The position numbers were made by a program, and so were the translations under genes. Positions 23,567 to 36,038 of a stretch of 64,000 nucleotides of DNA are shown one piece after another. A model generated the notes under the pieces. That model had not been told where the DNA came from and ran no database searches. It saw nothing but the letters and a program-made list of their open reading frames with translations. This DNA comes from Hydrolagus affinis. Taxonomy: Eukaryota. The stretch's first letter is position 1. Each line of letters begins with the position of its first letter. Where the stretch lies: positions 1 to 64,000 of the forward strand of contig JAAILG010000064.1 in the NCBI GenBank assembly GCA_012026655.1, in the 5' to 3' direction.

Positions 23567-26085
23567 GTAAGTCTTTTCATGAGGTAAGCGTTAATAGCAC
23601 TGAATCAGCTTTGAAGCGAGTACATACTTCCGATTAACATTTTAAAAGTGGCTAAAATTACTTCTTCCTGACCTCTAACACAAAAGCTTCCTTGAATTAT
23701 AAATTGAAAATCTTTACTTTCGCTTTGTATTAAGGTATTTTAAAGTAAATGAAACTCATCTTACTCGCTGCCTAAAACTATCCACCTCCGTCACCAGCTG
23801 TTGACTTGTGTAATTTCATCCACTTCCATCTCGTCATCACTAACAGTTTACCTTTTTCCAACTGTTTCCTTTTTACTTAGGATTCAGACATGTCAGTACT
23901 TGTGTTTATTCCAATGTTGCTGGCAATTTCTTGAGTTATCTCTTTCTGTGGCTGAAAATCTCTTTGTCACTTAACTAATGATACCTTGTCACTTAAGCTC
24001 TTTATAGGTTGAATTTGGCAATTTATCATTGGATTTGCCAGACTCTAAATGGCAGAAGGATAATGATATTCATTAAGTGTTCAATGTAAACCATGTATAA
24101 ATGCAAGTGTCTTATGTCATACAGGGCAATTCCATTAGAGAATCCCTGCTCTGGAGTGCAAGTTCTCTTTTAACCCAGGCTTTCTGTGGTTCTCAGAAAT
24201 GCAGTAAGCTTAGGGCACAGACCAGCCAGCTTCCTGTGCTTAAAAACTGGCTACTTGAAGAAGTTTCCAATCTCAATCTTGCTACCATATGTAGTGAATC
24301 GAATTGTACTACCGCATATTTAAATCCATGCTCGTCGCCCTGTCTCCTACTCCAACTTATTCTTTTCCCAGGCTATCAAGATTTCTGACTCCTTAATTTC
24401 TCCAGTCTCCTGTTTCCGATACATTCTGCTAGTTACGCCATTAACACAAATTTTGTATCACTTATCATATTGACTTCAAGAATTTTCTGCTACATTTTTT
24501 TGCAATCTTGGTGGTTTACTGCACAGTGGAGTTTGGTCTTTCGTCTAGGTTTTCCATAATTTAATTTCCTAAAATTATCCACGGTAATGTTCAGGACATG
24601 TTGCTATCAAAGTGATATTACCACCAAATTTAAACATTATTGGATTTGTTTCAACAGATCCTGCTCAAGCAAACTAAACTCAAAGGTGATACTTCCATCT
24701 ATTTGCAAATGTGTATGAAATAACAGCATCTGTTTTACATTCCTTTTTTAAAAAAAACGTAAAGAACGAAAATTGTTGCAACCCAATATCTACCACCAGT
24801 GTGTGCTTTGGACTGAAAAGAACACACGGCATCAGTATGGTTCGCATTATAAGGTTAAAATGCATCAACTAATCCATTGATACTGTAACAGGCTTCAGAG
24901 TAAAGCAGAGAAAATCAGGTCTGCTTCGTATTTCTAAATATTGATTTTAAAACTTGTACTACTTTTCTGAATAACTCACTAACTTGCAATGATACTATTC
25001 ACATCATTTTTATTGTTTTTGTGGGTACCATTTGGATGATTCAATGTGATTTTGAAGATTGGATCTGTTTTGCATTTTGAAGCTTAGATAAGAATTTGGG
25101 ATCTTATTTCGTGGGTGGGGGGTGGGGGTGGTGCACAATTAGGTGCAATTGATGAATTTGACTGAATTATAAGTAAAATAAAGCAAAATTTAAATGAGGT
25201 CTAATTTCGGGTGTTTGAAGGATTTCTAAATAAAGAGTCGTACTAGAATTTTTGTCGACCTGTTGGGATTTCGCGCTGTGGAGAAGAGTTTGTGACAATG
25301 GTGGATGCTAAGGGTTCAACAACATCAACAAAATTACATTTGTATAGTGGCTTTCACATCAGGAGGACGTCCCAAGGCACTGTTCAAGCCTGATACAGCA
25401 ATCTCCAATTGGAATGACTTGCATTCTTCCTATTAGAAGAGGAAATTAGTCCCCATTCCCCTCTGAAATGCAGTTTGTTCCTCTTAATGATGATCATTTT
25501 CGGAATGGCTGTTAACCCAAATTATTTATTTATTCTTCACACTGCCTGAATGATTTTGTTCAACCATAAAGTTAAAGAAATATGCAAACTTGGACTAGTG
25601 ATTGAAGATTTGAACTTTATCCACTTTCCATTTAAGGGTATCAATAGGGTACACTTCAATTCAGTTTATTAAAAATTCCTGTGTGAAGAAGTCTTTTTGC
25701 TTTTGAGCTAGAAATTGGCAGAAAGAAAAGCTGGGTTTCAGCCAGTAAATTCAAGAAGGGACTGATTAGTTACTTTTGCAGAGGGAGTTGTTGAGAAAAG
25801 TGGAGAGAGTGGCTCACAATTTTTTTCTGCACTTTGGAGACCGGTTAATTCAATGCATTGCAATTTTCTGATGCTGCAGTTTCCTGTAATCCTCAATGTG
25901 ATGACATAAATTTGCTGTAATGCAACAGAAATTTTTGAACAAATTTGTATCTAATTCTTTCTCAGTCTCGACCTTCCTAATTGTACACTGAGACATAGAG
26001 TAATGTCCATTATCTAAGAGAAGTAGAGTATTTTCTTTGGTCCTACCCATCCACACATTCAACTCTATTTTCCACCCACTCTGTC

Positions 26086-26580
26086 AAGTCCAGTAGTTCA
26101 GTATTAAAGTGCTTGCCTTACAAATAAGAGACCTGGATTCAATTCATAGGAACATAGGAACTTCAAGCCTATTCCGCCATTTAATTAGATCATGGCTGGT
26201 TTGTACCTCTACTAATCCTTTCAATTCCAATTTCCCATTTTCTCCCCATATCCCTTAATACCCTTAATATCAAAACTCTTATCAATCTCACTCTTGAAGG
26301 TGTGGATAGATTCAGCATCCACAACCTTTTGTGCGAGATAATTCCAGATTTCTACCACACTGAATGAAAGATTCCTGGCAGGACGAAGACTTGGGCACGT
26401 TTCCTTACTCCACCCACCCAATAATAATCCCCGCCCAAAAAAAACAACGATAATTGGTCATTTCAATCCACGACTATTTCGCCCACAAATAACTTTACAA
26501 TTGACTTTACAGTATAAACTGTGAGCAGCATTGAGACGTCTAGAAGATGTGAAAAGTGCTGAATCAAATGCAGGATTATT
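26086..26580 (+). mobile_element. SINE interrupted in its B box by an antisense CR1 fragment
   Basis: Head ...gacctggattcaattc | insert | attcctggcagg..., then body and tail. Confidence 0.85.
26146..26370 (-). mobile_element. CR1 LINE 3' end (ORF2 C-terminus, 3' UTR, 8-bp tail repeats)
   Basis: VVEIWNYLAQKVVDAESIHTFKSEIDKSFDIKGIKGYG is the typical CR1 ORF2 end; (ATAGGAAC)2 tail; flanked by duplicated ATTC. Confidence 0.9.
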
Positions 26581-26774
26581 AAAGATTGTTATTTCCTGTA
26601 CTTTCCCCCCACACTATTCACACATACCTCTTCCACTGTGCTCCACTATGCGGGTTACAAAATGTGTGATCACCAAAGGCTGGAAGATTCTCACAATCTT
26701 CACTTTAAGACCGTAATCCTAAAATTTTCAGTTCATGCAAACTTTTGAAAAATTCTTAAATTGTCTTCATTCAG

Positions 26775-27222
26775 CTGCCAGTTTTCCACAGTTTTTGTAT
26801 AAAAAGCGAGAGAGAGTTGTTGCAGACAGTGCAATTGATTCACCAAAATCACCCGCTGATCCTTTTCCAAACTCAGGAGTCGTGTGCATGTCACAAAAAG
26901 CGGCCACATTGCCGAGAAGCAAAAATCCCTTTGAAAACAGCAGCGACTCGTGGAAGACAAGGGTAGATACAAGTTCCGAAACCTCCAGTGACGGGCGACT
27001 AGAAACCAAAAAGGAGGCCAAGAAAGACAAAGAAAAGGAGAAAATGAGCCTGTTTGCCCGAGTGACTGGAAAGAAAGACGCCAAAAAGTCTGAGAAAGTC
27101 AACACGAGATCAGACAGTTTTGGTGATCCCCTCAATCCTTTCACCAAAGACCTTCAAGCCAGTTTGGAATTTCATTCAGGAAATCCATTCTCCGCAAACT
27201 ACAATGCAGTTGCTAACTCCAG
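26775..27222 (+). CDS. rab11fip2: Rab11-FIP2 coding exon 3 (three NPF motifs)
   Basis: ATLPRSKNPFE, EKMSLFARVTGKKD and GNPFSA match RAB11FIP2. Phase-1 acceptor cttcattcag|CT (alternative phase-0 acceptor ttttccacag|TTT, exon start 26792). Donor TCCAG|GTCAGT, phase 2. The 5' boundary is less certain than the exon itself. Confidence 0.9.
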
Positions 27223-27665
27223 GTCAGTGCTATGTTTTGCCTTATTTATTCACTGCCGCCTTTCATGTGGTTGTTTGAAGATGGTTATGCATCCAATTAA
27301 CTTTCTGGCAGGTACATTACCATATTATTGCTGTGTAATTGCAGCTGTCAAAACTGGTGGTTTATACTGTGAAAGATAGGAACCAAGATCATTTGTTATC
27401 AGCCTCAAGGCGATGTTACTTCATCAGATTTGCGTTGGAAAACTATCCGGATATAAAGACCACTTCAAGAACCAGTTCCATGAATGTTTAGACTTCTTTT
27501 TAACCCTTTTTTTCCTTCACCCCCACTTCTAATTTTCTTCCCTTTTCTCCTTTAGGCTTATTGACTAATTTTTTTCCTTCTATTGTGGCCAATATTCAGC
27601 ACCCACCAATTGCCTCCAGCAACCTCACCCAAATAGCTGTTTGTGTGTGAACTCCCACATTGATA

Positions 27666-27938
27666 GAGTCCTGTAGCTCAGTGGTTAGAGCACTCGCTCT
27701 TACAAGAGAGCACCAAGGTTCCAGGCAGGGTGAAACCTTGGGCAAGTTTCCTTACTCTGCACGAGTAATAATAATCCCTCAAAAAAATACAATAATAAAT
27801 TGGTAATTTCAATCCACGGCTGTTTGTGGAACCCTGCTGTGTGCAATTGGCTGCCGATTTCGCCCACAAATATACAGTCAATTCACTTTATAGTATATTC
27901 TGAGAAGTGCTATATTAAATGCAAGGATTATTATTATT
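27666..27938 (+). mobile_element. Near full-length SINE, short variant
   Basis: gagtcctgtagctcagtggttagagcactcgc...aaatgcaaggattattattatt. Confidence 0.92.
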
Positions 27939-29384
27939 AGGCTGTTTGTCCAGTGTGATCCTAACACCTGAGCCCGATCTTGTATGAAAGCATGCACACA
28001 TGGCTAGCGATCAGGAGTGAGAACTCTAGCTGATCTTACGAATAGACTAGGATGGATGAGTGTTCCTGAAGGATAAGATCAAATTTGCCAAAGGGTTTTC
28101 TTGATCCAAGTCGCTTCTGATCTTGTACTCTTATGAAAGCACTAGAGATTGAAGTGGTCTTAACTACCTACACATCTGTAATGAGTTCACAGTCGCAAAT
28201 TAATATGTAACCTATCAACCTTAAGGTGGAAAGCTTGCAGCTTCGGATTTGAAATCTCCAATTTGCTTAATTTCTGGTTTGTAATTTTTAAATGTTTCTT
28301 ATTGAAATAAAACACCAAGTCCTGTTGTGTGGTAGAGTGATCACAGGCTGGTATTTAACTAACTCTAAATCAATTGCTCATTTATTTCATGGTGGTTTTG
28401 TGGAATCTTGCTGTGGCAAATATAAACTGTTCCTGACAGCAATTACCTGTGAACCACTTTGAGACATTTCGACATTATAGGTCTCTATCAAATGCAAGTT
28501 TTTTAAAAAAAAACTCAGGTTATTCATTCACTTACGGGGAACTCTGTATAGCCTTGTAATGCAATATGTTATGTAGCAGGGTAAAACTGAGAATATTCTT
28601 CCTGAACCATGGTTTCTAAACCAACCCAGCAATGATTGTACTTTCGCAAGATGAGTGTTGACATCCACAAACAATCACTTTATAATGGTAATCACCAGCG
28701 TTATAAATTAACATTCAGTATACTCACATGTTAATGTTGCAGAAATTTGAAATGAACAAAAGCAAAGTGGAAGAAAGAACCAGATCTTAAGGTGATTTTA
28801 TTTTGCCCCATGTTACAGTATTTTACATTATATCAAAGAAGCTGATATTTTTGGCGATGAGTTTCCGCATTCCTTTGTTGGGGAGATTGGTCAAAACTGG
28901 GTTTCAGTGATCAACTATGGTCATGTAATTCTTGTTTTTGCAATTTTTCGTAAGCTATTTAAAAGGTTTTAGTTTTCAACAATGGGGATTAACCTTAAAG
29001 TTAACACTTTGATTTGGAGACTTTGTATTAAATCCCCTCGGAAGAAAACTCCCCAATAAGTATAACGTATTACTTTTCTCTCCTTGATTTGACATATCTG
29101 CTCTCCATGACCTGTTTCTTTGGTAATTTCTCCAGGCTAATGTGTCTGGAAAGGTTCAAAATGTACTTGCAGATGCTCGCTTCCTTGTAAATTTTAACAG
29201 CTAGTACAAGTTGTTCATTTCCAAGTCATTTGTAGTGAGTTTATTTTTCTGACACCCCCCTCGAAGAAGGTAGCGTTTCTCTGCATTCATATTAAAGTAC
29301 CGTAGCAAATGTAAAAATAACGTGCCTTGGCACCAGTCTCACTTCCTCTGACCACAGTGTGAACATTGCTGCTCTTCCTAAAGC

Positions 29385-29625
29385 TCGCCAAAGTGGCCAT
29401 TATTCATGCAAAGAGTGATTATTGGGTGAGCATCACAGCCAAGCCTGACCCGTCCCTCACTCAACATCCACACTCTCGTACATCTCATACATATATTGCA
29501 ATTTGGTGTCTGGCTAGTGATCAAGACAGGGATTAATGGATGATTTTGTATTTTTTTTTCTTCGTTGTCCTAACCCAGGACATTGAGGCTAATTGTAGCT
29601 CACCTACCATCACTCTGATCTCGGA
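29385..29625. mobile_element. Old unnamed interspersed repeat; related pieces near 27590-28035 and 43075-43200
   Basis: Shared motifs aagtggccatt, gcctga.cc, ggctag(t/c)gatca(a/g)ga and ct(a)acccagg recur at several places. Family not identified. Confidence 0.4.
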
Positions 29626-30074
29626 TTGGTATCTGTGACAACTAAATCAGTATAAAGCCACCTTGTTCTCAGTGTACAATGCCTTAACCCTACTGCAGCT
29701 TCTATTTTTGAGGTAATGTAGAATCATTTGTAGAAAATGTTTTTAAATCAATCAGCATCCTAACCCCTTTCTAGTCTTAAATACAATGAAAGACTGACTA
29801 TTTAGCGTTTCTCAAAATGTTTAAGTAGTAATAACGGTATTTAATAAGTCCTAAGCTGCTGTAATACTTGTGCTAACCTTGCTGCCTGCCGTGTTCTAAC
29901 TGATCTACTGATTTCTGTGAATAGGTGAGTAGGTATTGCAATTTGCAATACTTCCATGTAACGGTGAAGGTATAAAATATATGGTACTGTATCTCTACTT
30001 TGCTAACTATTTAAGCTGTTTGCCTTTGCTGGTATCTATGTCAAGCAGCAGTTGGAGGGGCACAGCTGAGTGAT

Positions 30075-30345
30075 AGTAATACTAACAATCCTTGCATTTA
30101 ACATAGCACCTTATCACTGCCACCTCAAGGCCCTTCTCTTTGACCGTACTTTCGATCAACCTCCTTCTCCCACTCCCCCCAATCTCTACCCCCAACTCGG
30201 GTCCTGAATACTGTTTAGTCTAATGCCTTGAGACGTCCTTCTGATGCGAAAGGCGCTATACAAATGTAATTTTGTTGCTGTTTATAAAAAAATTAATTGA
30301 CTATTTTGTGGACAAAACACGCAGCCAATTTTGCACAGCACTTAT
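30075..30345. mobile_element. SINE fragment (-) interrupted by an L2 3' end (+, about 30110-30285)
   Basis: aatccttgcattt...ccttatca | ctcaaggcccttctc...gccttgagacgtcc...gaaaggcgctatacaaatgtaattttgttg | aattgactattttgtgg...gcagccaatt. Confidence 0.7.
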
Positions 30346-30744
30346 ATACATATAACATATATTAAATATATAAATTTATATGTTATACTATTATATATGA
30401 TATTATTTATATTATTTATACTATACTTGGGGGAATCCCAGTGTGACCTTTCTCAGGGCCTAATTTTCATAGAAGCCAGATTGCAAACCCATCTGGGAGT
30501 GGCGAGCGTCTGGGAATGGTAACTTGGGCAGTCTTTCACGTCATAAATGTCCACAATCTCCTGAAATAGAAATGAATTCCAAGATGGGAGGGAAGACAAC
30601 AACAACAGCAAATTACATGTGTATAGTGCCTTAATTGTCCGAAGACCTGCACAACTGCACTTTGGGGCACTTAGGCTGCTAATTATCATAGCCTTTGCAA
30701 ATTTAATCCTTTGTAGAAATCATGTTATCCTTATTGCTGGAAGA

Positions 30745-31085
30745 ACGAACTTGATTTAATGTCTCATCCAAAGAATGGTACCTTCCTCAATACATTACAC
30801 TCCCAGCATTGCATTGGGAGTGTCAGACAAGACTATGTCAGCTCAAAGTCCTGACATTGGTTTTGAACCCACAACTTTCTGACTCCAAAGTGAGAGTTCT
30901 ACCACCACAAGTATGGTGTGCAGTACTGGGTGGGGGAGAGAAAACGTAGTTATTCAGATGAGATGCTAAGTTCCTATGTCACAGCTCGAAAGAGAAATCG
31001 GTGTCCTGGCCAACAGTCCCCCCAAAATATTTGTCCATTCACCTCATGACCTTAGGATTTTGCCTGTGTGAAATGGCTGCAATGT
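30745..31085. mobile_element. Older DeuSINE-type fragments
   Basis: tttaatgtctcatccaaagaatggtacc...gcattgcattgggagtgtcag...tttgaacccacaactttctgactc (-), then gatgagatgctaag...gtgtcctggccaaca (+). Confidence 0.6.
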
Positions 31086-32119
31086 CATTCTAAGCATATG
31101 CTAACCCTGTTCTTTCTTTTTTAAAAAAAAATTAATTAGAAATCTTGCTTGAAGTTTATTTTTTCTCTCTCTGAAGTCCCCCCACCCATACATAACTTGC
31201 ACAGTTTCCAGATCAAAAGGGCAGTCAGGCAACCAGGTATTGCCCTTTTGTCTATACCTCTCTTGAGCTGGCTGCCAGGAGGTTGGCTCTTTCTGGGTGT
31301 TAGGGAAGGGAGGGGGCTTTCTCCTCTACTTCCAAGCCTCGACTCCTGCTCCCCAGCCTTACTCTCTGCTGGATGTGAACCTATACCTTGGCACTTTGGC
31401 TTTGAACCTAACACTGGAGAGTGTAATATAGCTTAAGATTGACTGCAGCATTTGGTTGCAACATGTCCCACTCAACATCCCACTCCCAGAGCCCAATATA
31501 TTTTGGTGACTCAGATTTATTCAGACTCCGTTAAGCACAGTGTCTGTACCCAATTTTTGACATTTTCAAAATCATCTCAAGTGATAGCCACACAAGACAA
31601 ATCAGTTTAATGTCAGGGATACTTTGCCAAGTCTATATATTGACATCCATTATTGCAAAACACACTTACCTTCCTGCCCACTAGACTTGTCGAATATTAG
31701 TCAAATTTATTCTGCACATTACCTAATTTTGGTTGTGTTTAAAAACAACAAAAGGCTGTCTCGGGATAATTGTGAATAGTACAGATTCTGTGGATATGTG
31801 CCATTTGCAGAATAGTTTGGAGATTTGAATAAATTCAGTATACAGTATTGTAAATGCAGTGATAGAGTCGGGGTATGCTTTTTCTTAAACTGCAATAAAT
31901 ATTGATATATTTACAGTTTGTGCTTTAGATAATCTTTTAATCTGTATTTAGCAAACATGGCTGCACTAGAAACAACAGATCAATGTTAAGTTTTCCAACA
32001 GTATCCCTTCTCACTTGTTTAACAATCAGTAACTGTTTTTACAATTTCAAAATAGGGATAATATTGCACGGAGCAATTTGTTTGTTTACAATAGCAATTG
32101 TGAACATTACTCAACTTGT

Positions 32120-32435
32120 GGAGTCCTGTAGCTCAGTGGTAAGAGCACTCGCCTTGTAAGCTAGATACCTGGATTTGATTTCAGGCACAGCGAAACCTTG
32201 GGTAACTTTCATTACTCCACAAGCCTGTAATAATCCCTCGAAAGTAAAACAATTATAAATTAGTCATTTCAATTCAGGCCTGTCTGTGGGACACTGCTGT
32301 GCGAGTTTGGCTCCCGCATTTCGCCCACAAATATGCAGTCATTTCACTTTACAGTATATTCTATGAAGCGCCTTGAGACGTCTAGAAGACGTGAAAAGCA
32401 CAATATCAAATGCCAGGATTATTATTATTATTATT
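32120..32435 (+). mobile_element. Full-length SINE, short variant
   Basis: Complete head (anticodon-like TGT), body, tail and (TTA)n. Confidence 0.93.
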
Positions 32436-35400
32436 AAAGATAAATGATTCCTCAATGACATTTCTTGTGACAATCTCTTAACCTTTGTTGATGTGAAGAA
32501 AGATTCACCGAGCCAAAATTAGTAGAAATGAAGTGAAAATTTCTCAATTTACAGTTTTGACAAGTGGTAAGGGAGAGCTGGGTTTAATTTGAATGTGCTG
32601 TTAAATGCGCTTTAAAGAGACTGGACATGCTCTTAACAAGTTCCATTGAGATACAGGCAGGTAATTAACCAGCTCCGTAGAGAAACAGGACAAGTAATTA
32701 ATGAGCTCTTAGGAGATGCTGGACAGTCTAGCATAAAGCACAACAGTTTAAGCTGGATGGGTTTATTATCAATAGCATTTAAAAGTACCAGACACTATTA
32801 AGTGAATCCTTGGAGATGCCAAGCAATTAATAAAACTCTTTAAAAGTTGAGGGGTTTGCTGAGCACACCTGTGATCCTTTCATATCGCTTCGCAAGAAAA
32901 CCATTAAAATCTTAAGTTTTATTCCAAAGCAGCTGAGCAATTTGCTTTCCGATTGTTATGAAATTCAGCAATAAAATTCAACACGCACAAGCAACCTGTA
33001 TACATAAAACATTCTCAACACAGATATGCACATGTTATTACAAATAATAATGATAAGTTGTCACAAAATTTGAGCAATGAAAAGGGGAATAAGTTTTCTT
33101 TTGCTAGAACTCTGATCCAACGGTTGTTGTGAAGTTAATGTTGCCCTTGGGCGGGCAGTTTCATATCAACAATATTGTGGTAATCAGCTTATTTTACTGT
33201 TTCCGTGCTGACAAGCTGAACATGCAATTAAATAATGCAGTAAAGACTCTTGAGAAATCATTAATATTTTGAAAAATCATCCTATTTATCAGGGCCTCCG
33301 TTTTTGGAGAGAAATTCCATCAGAGACTATATTTATTCTTATTATTGTAGCATTTCAGAGACTTCAGGATTTGTCACAATATTAAATAGAGCCTCAATTT
33401 TGAAGCCAGTTTTTTTTTGTAATTTCTTTGAAATCCTGTACTGTGGAATACTGACTTCAAAGTTAAGGCTGAACTCAACAGTTTGTTGTTTGCTAAATTT
33501 TGCCTGCACAATACCCGGCAATCACGTTCATATAAGCTAAAAACCATCAACATCCTAAAACAAGTCCTTACCAAAAGCATTGAGAAACTAGCCCATTGAT
33601 CATGGAGTTCACTGGCTAGTTAGTACTGTACACTGCTTCCTACCTGCACTCTATCTGAGGTTCCAAAACTACATCTCATTTAATCTTCTGATGGACTCTG
33701 CTGCTGGCGTTACAGGAAAGTGAGTTCTTGAAGGTTTTCTTTTCTGGGTTGACTTTTCGATATTTTGAGCGAACTGAATTTGCATTTTTGTTTTCTTGTG
33801 CTTTTATTATTATCAATAATAATAACAATATTAACATCAGGAAAAATTGTCAATTAAACGGCTGATTTAAAGCACTGATAGATGTTATGTATCTATACCG
33901 TAGGTTTCTTTGGTCTTGTTTAAATAGCCTTTCAGCCCTACTTCTTCAATACATTGCATAGCACGGTTCAGTGAGCACAACAGAAACAGTGATGTTAATG
34001 AAAGAATATTGGAACAAAAGACTTGAAAATATGATTTCATATTGTAATTTGAACGCTTCGGTTTTTGTTCTTAAAAATCAATGATTACCCGGATGTAAAC
34101 TTATAATTGCATATTAGAGGACTGCTAATTATACATGAAAGGCATGTTTAATTCAAAATAAAGTTTAGTGGCCTGACTAATATATTTGGGCTACTACTGT
34201 ATAATGTTTGATCTCTAATAAATCTATTTTTTAAATGATACACAACCCAAAGTGCATTTTGTACTATGCAATGTTTATCATGGATAACATTTTTAACTTT
34301 GCAGACTGACTCATACCACACTTCTACAACACTACTTTGTATTACTGAACATGATCAAAGACACAATTTGCTTGACTTATTTTTTTTTACTTTTGGTACT
34401 TTGCATTTAATAGATTGTAAGGATTACCCACTAAGAGAAAAAGTTGGTCTCCGTTTGTCATGTGTGGTAATTAGGACGTACCTCTTTAACCTTTTATCCA
34501 TAGACTCTCTGAGCAATTGAGCACCACATCCTCCAGCTTGTCTGACATGGGAATGACATCAGTTGAAGAAAGGGCACTACAAATTACTGCCACACTTCTT
34601 TAAATGGAGCTGTTCTTAGTTTTCACCACAGCTAATTCGATCCAGTTCACTTAACTCATTTTTTTCTGAGGGAGATCAAAAAAAAAACGAGCCATGAATG
34701 AGCGAGTCCATCATGTCTTTGACACATCAATGTGAGAATGAAAAGCGGGCCACGAAAGGAGGGTTCCTGTCTTTAGATTTCAGACAATGCCTGATGAAAG
34801 AGTGCCTCGTATAGATCAATCCTATAGTGAGCAGGGCAGAACGCCTCGGATCACTGTTACAGCCTAGTATAATAGGAATTAGCAGGGAATTGATTCACCG
34901 GTCACTTTTTTCCCCCCTTACAGCTGTGACCTTTGTTGTAATCTGACCTCTTTCCTTTTCCCCTCCCCCTGCAGGCTACCTCCCCCACTCCCCAGTATTG
35001 TCGAAGCTATGTTAGATTCCCACTGAATTACATTTTGGTCAGGAATATCGAAGGTGGTGCTAACAAAGCACAATGTCCTGATCACGTCATAGGTGTATGT
35101 TCAAATCCTACCCGTTAAATAACTAAATGGAATGTAATTTGCATTTCACATTAAGACGAACTTTGGAAACACAAATTCTGATGGACTATGTATATTCTGA
35201 ATTGAGGACTTTAATGATAATCCTTGTATTTGACTTTCCAGTGCCTTGGGACATCCTCCTGACTTGAAAGGCAGTATATAAATTTAATGTTGTTGTTAAA
35301 ATATTGTTTGCTGTTAAAGACCCGATGTCCCCACTGCAGAGTGGCTGTCGGCTGATCCTCCCCATGCATGTTTTTCTCTGCCTCCAAAACCTGCCATTTC

Positions 35401-35784
35401 ATTTCTTTCCACAATCCATGGCCCAGAACACACACACTCCACGCGAAGCAGCCATTCCTTTGCACCTCCTCCAATCTTCTAACCCATTATCAGCCGGGCC
35501 CACTCTAACTCTTATTGATTCCACCCTCAGCCTCCTCATCTTGTTAACACAGACATGGATTTAGGGTGGGGTATGAAGGTCTGCTTTGTGAGGAGGATTG
35601 GAATCTTTCTTCTTAGAGTTCTCCTGAAAGACACAAACTTCTGAGGCACAGAAAATCTGATTTTGTGTCTACAGATTGCAGGTGTCCCCAAATCATGTGT
35701 ATTTCAATGAAATGTCCTTCAGAATTCACTATACAGTGACGCCTCGGAAGAGTTCGTAAGGCGCTGTATCACACTTACATTATT

Positions 35785-35970
35785 ATGTTAAACCGAAGTT
35801 TAGTCTGCTGTTCAGGTGGAAATTAAAAGGTCTCTCGGCACAAATCAAAAAGAGGAGAGTTTCTACCGGTGAGCTGGCTAACACTACCTCAGATTTTTTT
35901 AAATTCTTATTCTCATCATAGCTTTTATGGGACTTTTTTGTGACGAAATTGGCTCTTGTATTTTACTACA
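35785..35970 (+). mobile_element. Older DeuSINE (AmnSINE1/SacSINE1-like) fragment
   Basis: gttaaaccgaag...ctgttcaggtgga...aagaggagagtttctaccggtgagctggctaaca...tgggact...aaattggct. Confidence 0.6.
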
Positions 35971-36038
35971 TATATATGACATATATAACATGTCAAGACA
36001 TGTTACAGGAAAAGCAAACATCTGAAATGCTTTAAATA

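Noticed and set aside
23584-23637. Read-through of exon 2 to TAA 23637, and ORF 26735-27379 extending past exon 3
   Set aside because: Simple intronic read-through beyond consensus splice sites; similarity to FIP2 does not clearly continue.
24658-24685. Possible 28-nt mini-exon between exons 2 and 3
   Set aside because: In-frame stop with the main phase-1 donor, weak donor GTGATA, and no similarity to FIP2.
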